From NCBI RefSeq assembly GCF_030684315.1, contig NC_081369.1, positions 50,885,598 to 50,949,597 of the forward strand: 64,000 nucleotides of DNA, written 5' to 3'. Positions 1 through 10,812 of the stretch are shown here, piece after piece. Numbering within the stretch: the stretch's first letter is position 1; each line of letters opens with the position of its first letter. The translations under genes were made by a program, and so were the position numbers. Under the pieces are notes generated by a model that was given only the letters and a program-made list of their open reading frames with translations, did not search any database and was not told where the DNA came from. This stretch comes from Stegostoma tigrinum. Its lineage: Eukaryota.

Positions 1-139
1 TTTATCCATTTGCTCATAATACAATATTTCAGCTCCAGAATTGTGTCACTTCCTGATTTTGGGAAAGATTAGAAAAAGCTGTTTCCTGATTGGCAGGTTT
101 AGACCAAGGAAGTGTTACTTTTAAGAAGCAAAAAAGGCA

Positions 140-530
140 AGTGATTTGATTTGCTTTGATTTATGACTGTCATTTGTACTGAGATACAGTGAAAAGCATT
201 GTCTTACATGCTTTACAGGCAGATCGTTCTATACAAACAGATGAGAGTAACAGAACAATGTGCAGGATACAATCTACAGCTGCCAAGAAGGTGCAGCAAG
301 AGTCAATATTACATTAAAGAGGTACATTCAGAAGTCTGATAACAGCAGGGAAAAAGCTGGTGTTCTTGAACCTCTTCTTTCACGTATACAAACTTTTATA
401 TCTTCTGCCTGACAGAAGAGGGTGGAAGAGAGTGTAACCAGGGTGAGAAGGGTGTCTTTAATTATGCTGGTTGCTTTCCCGCTGCAGCAGGAAGTATAGA
501 TGAAGTCAATGGATGGGAGACTGGTTTGCG
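140..530 (-). mobile_element. 3' end remnant of a Rex1/Babar-like LINE
   Basis: Resembles the reverse complement of 8430-8883, including the (gattt)n tail at ~143-162. Confidence 0.55.
342..444. repeat. Segment A; inverted copy at 1366-1468
   Basis: 103 bp reverse-complement match with one mismatch, read directly from the sequence. Confidence 0.95.
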
Positions 531-1080
531 TTCTAGGTATGCAGTTAATGTTTACAACAAGACTTTGAAAGATTGCAGATGGAAAGCTTTGCAGTTTGCA
601 TGCATGTGAGGTTTTGATTTTATCCTTTGTAGAAAGTTATGGACATTTCATTCTTTATATATTGCATGCTTGAATTTGTTTTTGAAGTTTGGGTGCTCTG
701 CATTCCTGTGTGCAGAGCTACATATTTTTTCTCTCCATATGTATCAATCTTTTTATAAAAATAGGGCTTTAATTTTTGTTTGTCAGAGTTGCACACTTAT
801 AGATGCGTACATCTCAAATTATTTGCATTTGCAGTTCTATGTGATCATGTATCACCCTTTGTGTTATGGTCACCCAGCTCAAAAGGATTGGATACCCTCA
901 AATTACAAAGCCTGCTTTCAGCCTTTGTGCTGAACTTCCTCTGTCCTGTGGAGATGGCATCAGCAATGCAGGAACCTGGAAAATGTGGAGCTACCATGTT
1001 AAGTTGGATCTCTGATAAATTCCCAGGTCCAAGAAACTTTCCCAAAGTGGACAGGGAACCAGGTCAGTTAGCTGTGCTGG

Positions 1081-1236
1081 TTGCTCTGTAAATTGTTAAT
1101 GATTATAATTAAGGCCCCATTGGTCAGCACTGGCATTTTACAGATATCAGAACAAGCCTCTCTCCACTTCCTCCATTCCCTCCCAAATACATGTATGCAC
1201 ACAACTGCTGTGAGCAAAAATCATCAGCTGTATCAA
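1081..1236. repeat. Segment B; inverted copy at 1659-1814
   Basis: 156 bp reverse-complement match. The ORF track shows identical peptides on opposite strands (1081..1320+ vs 1605..1814-). Confidence 0.95.
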
Positions 1237-2124
1237 GGCAGCTTCCTAATTTCATGCCATATTCCACCAAAACAAGGGCTCCATGAACAAATGATGATTG
1301 GTGAGGTTGAAAGACCATAACCCCATTTCCGAATAATCCTGTGGGACATTTAGACCTCCAGTTTAACCCTGGTTACACTCTCTTCCACCCTCTTCTGTCA
1401 GGCAGAAGATATAAAAATTTGTATACGTGAAAGAAGAGGTTCAAGAACACCAGCTTTTTCCCTGCTGTGATTGAAATTTGCCAACTTCAATCGATCTTTT
1501 GTGTGCAGATTACAATGATTGCCTGTCCCATTCAGGCATTCTCTACAATTCCTGCCAGCAATGGTATTGCCCTTTTCTGCCATTGGGCCATCAGCCTGAC
1601 ACCTCTACAGACCTTCTGAGCAGAACAGAGAGCAACCAGAAAGCTGCTTTCCAGACAGTTGATACAGCTGATGATTTTTGCTCACAGCAGTTGTGTGCAT
1701 ACATGTATTTGGGAGGGAATGGAGGAAGTGGAGAGAGGCTTGTTCTGATATCTGTAAAATGCCAGTGCTGACCAATGGGGCCTTAATTATAATCATTAAC
1801 AATTTACAGAGCAAATCAGGCCAACGGAGATATTGGCCCGCTTGAAATTTCTTATGGGATACCCACCAAAAATTCAGCCATTTGTTGCCACAGAATTTTA
1901 GGCAAGATTAAAAATTATTGAAATATTCCATTTCGGGATGTGGAGGAAGTGGCATCTTCTGTTTGCACCACATGTGTTTTTATTCATGATCATTTACTGC
2001 AGTAGTTCACTTTGTTGTCAGAGTTACTTTACTCCATATTAAAGGCCTCCTGGGTATACACTGCCAGCATCTCACAGTCTCTTCCTTTTTTTTGAGTTAT
2101 CTACACCAGCACAAACTACTTGCT

Positions 2125-2405
2125 CACAGAATATAGTCTGAGAGGTACTGTTAAGGCCAACCAATTCAGGAGAGATGTTAGGCAGCACTTCTACACACAA
2201 GCTTGGACCTCTCTTGCAAAACCTGCTGTGGGCATTGGATCATTTGTTGATTTTAAATCTGAGATAAATAAATTTTTGTTCATCAAAGGTATTAAGGGAA
2301 TATGGGCCAAAAGTAGGTTTACACAGTTAGACCACAGATCAGCCATGATCTCATTGAATGGCAGAACTGGATCAAGGGGCAGATTGGCCTACTGCTGCTC
2401 CAATG
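2125..2405 (+). mobile_element. CR1-clade LINE 3' end (decayed)
   Basis: Translates as FRRDVRQHFYTQ...SLAKPAV...FKSEINKFL, followed by the typical 3' UTR agatcagccatgatctcattgaatggc...ggcctact. Confidence 0.75.
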
Positions 2406-3044
2406 TAATATTATAATGAGCGAGCGTTTGGTAGGTATTTTCAATTAATTTACCAGCATTCCGTGATGAGATCACTGTCTGTTTCCAAAGCAGCTTTGTC
2501 CACAGCTTTATTGTCCAAACCAGACATGCAAAATATAAAATGATTCAAAACTTCCCACAATCAAAATACAAAACCATGACTTGATGTAGAAATCAATTTG
2601 TGACCTAACCCATAATCCACTCACTCCAGTGGTACCTTTAAATTATTTTGCCCTGTATAATATATAGTTCTTAGTTTAGTTCTTAGAAACCCACCATCAG
2701 TAACTCTTCCAATTCTTCTGAGATCCCACTTTGCAATTTTTCTATTTCTGGGAGGAATGAAGCCAGCCAAACAATTGCTTAAAGACTGGAAGGCATACTC
2801 AGAGGAAAAAATTGTCTTTGTCATTTTCATACTAGGTACAGTTCTGAGATTACACTTGAAGTTCACTATCAACTGCAGATGGGTTGATGGATTTTGATTT
2901 GAATTGACCAGGAAGAGAAAGAAAAGATAATGTGAAGGGAAAGGTTTGTATCCTGATTTTACAAATTGTAGTAAGTTTAAAATCTTTGGAATTTTCTTAC
3001 ACTTTAATGTCAAAGATGAACATAGATAGCTTTAGGACTCATAG

Positions 3045-3165
3045 ACCCATACAGTCATCGTGTCATACAGAGTGGAAACAGGCCCTTTGGTCCTACACTT
3101 GGTTGCTGACCAGGTTTCCCAAACTAAACTAGCCCCATTAGCCTTATTGGCCCATATCTTTCTAA
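3045..3165 (-). mobile_element. CR1-family 3' terminus fragment
   Basis: tggaaacaggccctttgg...aaactaaactag motif, also seen at 58630 and 40150. Confidence 0.6.
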
Positions 3166-3874
3166 TTTTTTTCCAATTCAAATTTGACAAACAATGGTAA
3201 AAGTGCTATACTCCTTGTTTCAACTATTTGCAGAACCAAGCTTCTAAATCTGTTTAATTTCACAGTAGGAATAAGCTGAAGAGATAGAAATTCAAACTAG
3301 TCTCCAAAGAATCACTTAAAATACATATGCAGCACTCACAGAGCTGGTCTAGGGAACTTGAGAGAAGCCTGCAGCTGTCTAAATGATATTAATGGGGCCA
3401 GTAAATAACTAAAACAAAACAAATGACCCACACAAGTGATATGTCACAATAAAGCGTACAGAGCATAAGGGAATTTTATTTTATCTACTGAGTAATCGCT
3501 ATGATTTTAGAGTTATTTCTGATTTCAGTACAATTCAAATATCTGTGCCAAACAGTTAGAGAAGGACCTTAAGGCATTGATCTTCATGCCCAAGTATTGG
3601 ATTTTGATGACATAATTTAATTCACCACAGTAGTATATCTAACTCAAAGAATGATAATCTGCAACCAATGACTGCAATTCAAGATCATAATGCTAAAGTA
3701 TTGTTTGATCTAAAGTTTCAGAGGTGGCTAAAGATGTGTCAGTGTTGAGGCTACTATTGCACTGTGCCATTCCTGTAACCAAAGGGACAACCATTTAACC
3801 AATCACTTAAGCTGAACTCAACACATGTTTTATTGCATGCAAGAACATGATTTTTTTAAAGTGACACAGCAAAC

Positions 3875-4706
3875 AGGAATTTATTGACTGAACAGCTTGC
3901 AGATGCCATATAAATACTGCGGTTGCAAGAGCAGGTCAGAAGTTAGGAATGCTAAGACCATAAGACCATACAACATAGAAGCTGAAGTAGGCTAATTGGC
4001 CCATCGAGTCCAATCTGTCATTCAATGCAATCATGGCTTATCTGGTAATCCTCAATTCCACTTTCCTGCCTTATCACTTTAGCCACTGTTTCCCTTAATG
4101 ATTAGAAATCTGTCTATCTCAGTCTTAAATACACTTTACCACCCAGCCTTGAGAGCCCTCTGCAGCAAAGGATAACTCACTGTCACAAGTAGCTCACCGC
4201 CTGACTCCTCAAAGCTCATCCACCATCTACAACGCACAAATCAACAACATTCAAGAGACTCAACACCATACAGGATAAAGCAGCCCTTTTGATAATCAAC
4301 ACTTATCCACAAGCTTTCATTTCCTTCAGTACCATTGCTCAATGGCAGCAAGATACATCATCTGCAAAATGCACTGCAGAAGTTAGCAAGGGTCCTTCAA
4401 AAGCACTTTCCAAATCTGTAACCACTGCAATCGAGAAGGACAAGGGCAACAGATACATTGGAAATCCACCACCTAAACTTCTGTTCAAGCCACTCACTAT
4501 GCTGAATTGGAAATATAACACTGTTCCTTCAGGGTGCCTGGGTCAAAATCCTAGGTTCTCTTCTTAACGTCATTGTGGGTCTACCTACACCAAATGAACA
4601 AAAGCACTTCAACAGGGTGGCTCAACACCACCTCATCAATGTCAGCTAATGATCATAAGTAAATGCTGGTGCAGCCAGCAATGCCACTTCCCATGAATGA
4701 ATAAAA
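3875..4706 (+). mobile_element. RTE-X-like LINE 3' part, interrupted by a CR1 3' end (-) at ~3953-4172
   Basis: Contains gcaagagcaggtcagaagttaggaat...ctgactcctcaaagc...accatctacaa (AGQRLG...TPQS.STIYK) and the tail taaatgctgg...ccatgaatgaataaa. Related copies lie at 37470-39182 and 44050-44675. Confidence 0.55.
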
Positions 4707-5381
4707 GGACTCTTAACAACCTGACTCTTCAGAAGAGACTAGAGTTGACACAATTTGGTAAGCACTGTTTCTTCTAGAGATAGAAGTTGAATTCAGAACA
4801 GTGTTCTCCAGTGTGCTCATTTTCACTTAGTTAAATTTGGCTAGACTATCAATCTTTGAAATGGCTTAAAAAAATTTAAGTCCCATTTTACTATTGTGAT
4901 GATTCAGCAAGATGGCAAAAGCTTTATGCACATTTCAAAGAAAAGTATAGGATCCATTCATGACATTTGCAGCAATATTCCTCCTGTGCTTTTTCCATAA
5001 AAATACATTAACTCACCTTGCATTTTATGGTTGTTAGTGGTATGTTTTGAGTAGTGACTAGGTGCTTTATATGCTGCTATGTTAGTTCACTGTACTTCAA
5101 AGTTATTAATCATATGAAATCTTTTCAGGTACTTCACTGACATGTTATTTAAAATATGCATTATTTTAAATTTTTTCAAAATATTTCAAAATGAACCTCT
5201 CTCTCAGTCTCAGCAAAACAAAAGGACTGATCATTGACTTCAGAAAGAAAGGAGAACATGCTCCCATTTACATCAACAGAGCAGAGAATAAGGTGGTTGA
5301 CAGCATCAAGTTTCTATGAATAACAATAACTGACAACTTGTCCTGGAGTTCTCGCATAGATGCAACAGTCAAGAAGGCACA

Positions 5382-6830
5382 ACAATAAAATGTGAGGCTG
5401 GATGAACACAGCAGGCCCAGCAGCGTTTCAGAAGCACAAAAGCTGACGTTTCGGGCCTAGACCCTTCATCAGAGATGGGGATGGGGTGAGGGTTCTGGAA
5501 TAAATAGGGAGAGAGGGGGAGGCGGACCGAAGATGGAGAGAAAAGAAGATAGGTAGAGAGGAGAGTATAGGTGGGGAGGTGGGGAGGGGATAGGTCAGTC
5601 CATGGAAGATGGACAGGTCAAGGAGGTGGGATGAGGTTAGTAGGTAGGAGATGGAGGTGCGGCTTGGGGTGGGAGGAAGGGATGGGTGAGAGGAAGAACA
5701 GGTTAGGGAAGCAGAGACAGGTTGGACTGGTTTTGGGATGCAGTGGGTGGAGGGGAAGAGCTGGGCTGGTTGTATGGTGCAGTGGGGGGAGGGGACAAAC
5801 TGGGCTGGTTTTGGGATGCGGTGGGGGAAGGGGAGATTTTGAAGGTGGTGAAGTCCACATTGATACCATTGGGCTGCAGGGTTCCAGAGCGGAATATGAG
5901 TTGCTGTTCCTGCAACCTTCAGGTGGCATCATTGTGGCACTACAGCAGGCCCATGATGGACATGTAATCTAAACAATGGGAGCGGGAGTGGAAATGGTTT
6001 GCGACTGGGAGGTGCAGTTGTTTATTGCGAACTGAGCGGAGGTGTTCTGCAAAGCGGTCCCCAAGCCTCCGCTTGGTTTCCCCAATGTAGAGGAAGCCAC
6101 ACCGGGTACAATGGATGCAGTACACCACATTGGCAGATGTGCAGGTGAACCTCTGCTTAATAGGGAAAGTCATCTTGGGGCCTGGGACAGGGGTGAGGGA
6201 AGTGGTGTGGGGGCAAGTGAGCATTTCCTGCGGTTGCATGGGAAAGTGCCGGGTGTGGTGGATTTAGAGAGCAGTGTGGAGCGAACAAGGGAGTCACGGA
6301 GAGAGTGGTCTCTCCGGAAAGCAGACAAGGGTGGGGATGGAAAAATGTCTTGGGTGGTGGGGTCGGATTGTAGATGGCGGAAGTGTCGGAGGATGATGCG
6401 TTGTATCCGGAGGTTGGTGGGGTGGTGTGTGAGAACGAGGGTGATCCTCTTTGGGCGGTTGAGGCGGAGGCGGGGTGTGAGGGATGTGTTGCAGGAAATG
6501 CGGGAGACGTGGTCAAGGGCGTTCTCGACCACTGTGGGGGGAAAGTTGCGGTACTTGAAGTACGTGGACATCTGGGATGTGCGGGAGTGGAATGCCTCAT
6601 CGTGGGAGCAGATGCGGCGGAGGCGGAGGAATTGGGAATAGGGGATGGAATTTTTGCAGGAGGATGGGTGGGAGGAGGTGTATTCTAGGTAGCTGTGGGA
6701 GTCGGTGGGCTTGAAATGGACATCAGTTACAAGCTGGTTGCCTGAGATGGAGACTGAGAGGTCCAGGAAGGTGAGGGATGTGCTGGAGATGGCCCAGGTG
6801 AACTGAAGGTTGGGGTGGAAGGTGTTGGTG
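5382..6830 (-). mobile_element. Penelope-like element, 5'-truncated (left arm of palindrome)
   Basis: RT C-terminus (LTFLDLSV...HFKPTDSHSYLEYTSSHP) and GIY-YIG endonuclease (NVVYCIHCTRCGFLYIGETKRRLGDRFAEH), frameshifted. Confidence 0.93.
5445..5472 (-). ncRNA. Minimal hammerhead ribozyme motif (Penelope pLTR)
   Basis: The - strand reads CUGAUGA-AGGGUCUAGGCCC-GAAAC-GUC. Confidence 0.8.
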
Positions 6831-8308
6831 ACCTTCCACCCCAACCTTCAGTTCACCTGGGCCATCTCCAGCACATCCCTCACCTTCCTGGACCTCTCAG
6901 TCTCCATCTCAGGCAACCAGCATGTAACTGATGTCCATTTCAAGCCCACCGACTCCCACAACTACCTAGAATACACCTCCTCCCACCCATCCTCCTGCAA
7001 AAATTCCATTCCCTATTCCCAATTCCTCCGCCTCCGCCGCATCTGCTCCCACGGTGAGGCATTCCACTCCCGCACATCACAGATGTCCAAGTTCTTCAAG
7101 GACCGCAACTCTCCCCCCACAGTGGTCGAGAACACCCTTGACTGCGTCTCCCGCATTTCCCGCAACACATCCCTCACACCCCGCTCCTGCCTCAGCCGCC
7201 CAAAGAGGATCACCCTCGTTCTCACACACCACCCCACCAACCTCCGGATGATACAACGCATCATCCTCCGACACTTCTGCCATCTACAATCCGACCCCAA
7301 CACCCAAGACATTTTTCCATCCCCACCCTTGTCTGCCTTCCGGAGAGACCACTCTCTCCGTGACTCCCTTGTTCGCTCCACACTGCCCTCCAATCCCACC
7401 ACACCCGGCACCTTCCCCTGCAACCGCAGGAAATGCTACACTTGCCCCCACACCTCCTCCCTCACCCCCATCCCAGGCCCTAAGGTGACTTTCCATATTA
7501 AGCAGACGTTCACCTGCACATCTGCCAATGTGGTATACTGCATCCATTGTACCCGGTGTGGCTTCCTCTACATTGGGGAAACCAAGCGGAGGCTTGGGGA
7601 CCGCTTTGGAGAACACCTCCGCTCGGTTCGCAATAAACAACTGCACCTCCCAGTCGCAAACCATTTCCGCTCCCCCTCCCATTCTTTAGATGATATGTCC
7701 ATCATGGGCCTCCTGCAGTGCCACAATGATGCCACCTGAAGGTTGCAGGAACAGTAACTCATATTCCGCTTGGGAACCCTGCAGCCAATGGTATCAATGT
7801 GGACTTCACCAGCTTCAAAATCTCCCCTTCTCCCACCGCACCCCAAAACCAGCCCAGTTCATCCACTCCCCCCACTGCACCACACAACCAGCCCAGCTCT
7901 TCCCCTCCACCCACTGCATCCCAAAACCAGTCCAACCTGTCTCTGCTTCCCTAACCTGTTCTTCCTCTCACCCATCCCTTCCTCCCACCCCAAGCCGCAC
8001 CTCCATCTCCTACCTACTAACCTCATCCCACCTCCTTGACCTGTCCGTCTTCCCTGGACTGACCTATCCCCTCCCCACCTCCCCACCTATACTCTCCTCT
8101 CTACCTATCCTCTTTTCTCTCCATCTTCCGTCCGCCTCCCCCTCTCTCCCTATTTATTCCAGAACCCTCACCCCATCCCCCTCTCTGATGAAGGGTCTAG
8201 GCCCGAAACGTCAGCTTTTGTGCTCCTGAGATGCTGCTGGGCTGCTGTGTTCATCCAGCCTCACATTTTATTGTCTTGGATTCTCCAGCATCTGCAGTTC
8301 CCATTATC
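6831..8308 (+). mobile_element. Penelope-like element, 5'-truncated (right arm of palindrome)
   Basis: ~300 open codons of RT C-terminus plus GIY-YIG with Cys/His motif (ORF 6810..7739). Ends with the complete tail gcatctgcagttcccattatc. Confidence 0.93.
8185..8212 (+). ncRNA. Minimal hammerhead ribozyme motif (Penelope pLTR)
   Basis: CUGAUGA core, GGGUC/GGCCC stem II, GAAA, palindromic ACGU stem III; predicted cleavage after GUC at 8212. Confidence 0.82.
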
Positions 8309-9096
8309 AAGGCACAACAATACCTCTTTTTCCTCAGGTGGCTTGAGAAATTCAGTATGTCGATAAGAATCCTCACCAACTTTACAGATTCTCCATAGAA
8401 ACCATGTTATCTGGTTGAATAATGGCCTGGTATGGCAACTGCTATGCCCAGGAATGTAAGAAACTACAGAAGGAAGCCAAGGCCACCATGGAAGCCAACC
8501 TTCCATTCCTAGACTCCAATTCCACATCTCATTGCAGCAGAAAGGCTGCCAACATTGTCAAAGACCCCTCCCACCCTGTAATGCTCTCTGATGACCTTTT
8601 CCATCAGGTAGAAGATACAGGAGCTTGAACATCCATCAACAGGTTCTAGAACTGCCTCATCTCTGTCGTTATTAGACTGATGAATGGACTCTCTAACTTC
8701 AAATAATATTGATCTGTTAATGTTGATCTTGCTTTGTGCACCTCCTATGCAATGTAATCTGCATGCCTCACTCTGTCTAAGCTCCCTGTGTTCTGTATGT
8801 CCTTACCAACTATGATCTCTTTGCAAACAAAGCTTTTCGCTGTACTTAGGTACATGTGACTACATTTAATCAATCAAATCAAATAGTTTTGAACATTTCA
8901 TCACACTTTAGAATAAAACGTATAATTACACTATCTTAAATTCAGAAAACATACTGTGGTTGCAACCATCATCAGCCAGTTGAGTAATGTATAATCACTT
9001 AAATGGCTATAAATGTCAAGCATATTTCAAGTTCTTACTCGCATTTATGTTGTAACAATCTTTCTTTACCTGCATTGTTTTCTAAATGCCAATCTT

Positions 9097-9482
9097 GGGT
9101 TGGGGATAACAAAGTTTCATCTGAGTCAGGAAGAGCATTTTGAGTTCAAACCCTGCTCCAAAATGTGCAACACTGTTTGTTAGAGCTGTCAGCTTTCAGA
9201 AAAACTGTTCAACTGAAGCTCTGCGTTTCCTCAGGTGGATGTGGAAGACCCATGACTCTAGCCAAAGGAAACCATTCTCCTGGAGTTCTGACTAGTGTCT
9301 TTCCCTGGGCCAACATCACTTGAATACATTATCTAGACTTTATTATCTAATTGTCTTGTATACATTCGCTACTGCATTTTCCGATGTTGCAACAGAAACT
9401 ACATTTCAAAAGTGCTTAATTGGTTGAAGCAATTTGGAACAGTCTGGGAGAATGGAAGTATTGATATATAGACTTGCAAGTC
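9097..9482 (+). mobile_element. DeuSINE-like (SacSINE1/AmnSINE-type) SINE, decayed
   Basis: Head tctgagtcag...gttcaaacc, central ggtggatgtggaagacccatg, tail ttcaaaagtgcttaattggttgaagcaatttgg. Family matched from memory. Confidence 0.55.
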
Positions 9483-9559
9483 TAATTTTGGATTCTATAG
9501 TGAAGAACAGACATGATTGAGCACTTAGAGAAATTTGCACAGTGTAGAGGCAGCCAGTG

Positions 9560-10812
9560 TAAAATCCAATAAATAGGTTATGCTTATTATGTTTATGAGA
9601 AACCGTAGTATTATACAGAAGAATGTCTATGGATGCAGTGTGCATGGACTTCTGGAAGGCCCTCAAAAAGTTTCCACATAAGATATTGTCACGAAAAATG
9701 AAAACTCAAACGTTTGAAAGTTTATTATTGAAACAGTTAGAAGATTGGTTATGTAGAAGACAGAGTCTAGAGGTAATGAATAAGTACCAAATTGGAAAAA
9801 AATTGGGTGTCATTGTTGCACAAGTTTCTGTGCTCAGGCTGTAAATAATTCATTATTTTTATTGATGACTTAGATGGTAAAGAAGAATGATAAATACATG
9901 AGTTTGTTGTTAATATGAAGTTAGGTGACATAGTAAGTAGTGTAGATGGGACAAAATAATTGCAAAGGAACATTTGTTAATTTAATATGAGCACTTTCAA
10001 TGCACCTAAATGTGAGTACTTTGTGCTAAAACATAAAATCTGGGTTTTCTTAACACGATGAAAATCTAGAAACAGTGGCAGTTCAAGGGCTGCACATCAA
10101 TAAAATGTACAGATTTTTAAAAAATGACAGGGGCCATTAGATGGTAATGTTCCTAATTAGAAGGTAAGGATATAAAAGTACATATTAACATATACATAAA
10201 TTTTCAGAAGAAGGGTCCAGACCCGAAATATCAGCTTTCCTGCTCCTCCAATACTATTTGGCCTGCTGTGTTCATCCAGCCTTACACCGTGTTACCTCAA
10301 AATATAAAGGTGGATGCTTTGCTACACCTGGTCAAAGGTCTGGTTAGATCACATCTGAAGATCTGTCTTTAATTCTAGGAAAGGCAACTTAAAAATGATT
10401 TATTGGCCTTAGAAGTGCAGCACTGATTCACCAGAATGTTGCCAAGGCACCAAAGATTAAAATATGGGGAAAGATCACAAAAATAGAATTATATTTTTGT
10501 ATAAATATAATTATTGCAAGTAATTCAGAGATTTTGCATTTTGAAAGAATTGATTGGAAATCTTCTTGCTGATAAAGGACAAGGGACAATATCTTACAAA
10601 TCAGAGCCAGGCCATTCAGGAGATGAGGTAAAATAGTTGATCCAACTCAATCAGTAGTTTTAAATCACACATCAATTGGCTTTTCCGAGCAAAAGGTACC
10701 AAGGAAGATGGAACCAAAGTGATTGGGTGAAGTTGATATATAAAAATAAGCCACAATTCATTGAGCAGTAGGATATTGAGGAGCTGAAAGGCCAGTTCTT
10801 AATTTTATGTTC
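9560..10812 (+). mobile_element. CR1 LINE ORF2 relic with a small Penelope pLTR fragment at ~10202-10298
   Basis: MDAVCMDFWKALKKFPHKIL resembles the DVVYMDFQKAFDKVPH motif of CR1 RT; a CR1 3' end lies near 10740-10812. Confidence 0.7.

Larger units (their letters stand above)
5200..8883 (+). mobile_element. Rex1/Babar-like LINE ORF2 C-terminus and 3' tail, split by the Penelope palindrome (pieces 5200-5387 and 8309-8883)
   Basis: LIIDFRK...APIYIN...VDSIKFL...DNLSWSS.IDATVKKAQQ continues after 8322 as YLFFLRWLRKF. Ends in aatcaatcaaatcaaat. Confidence 0.75.

Noticed and set aside
6810-7739. 309 aa ORF as an intact gene or active element
   Set aside because: The start codon is an artefact of reading across the palindrome centre (the same MGWKV begins the - strand ORF 6170..6844). 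The RT catalytic core is missing, and the ORF ends at a premature TGA.
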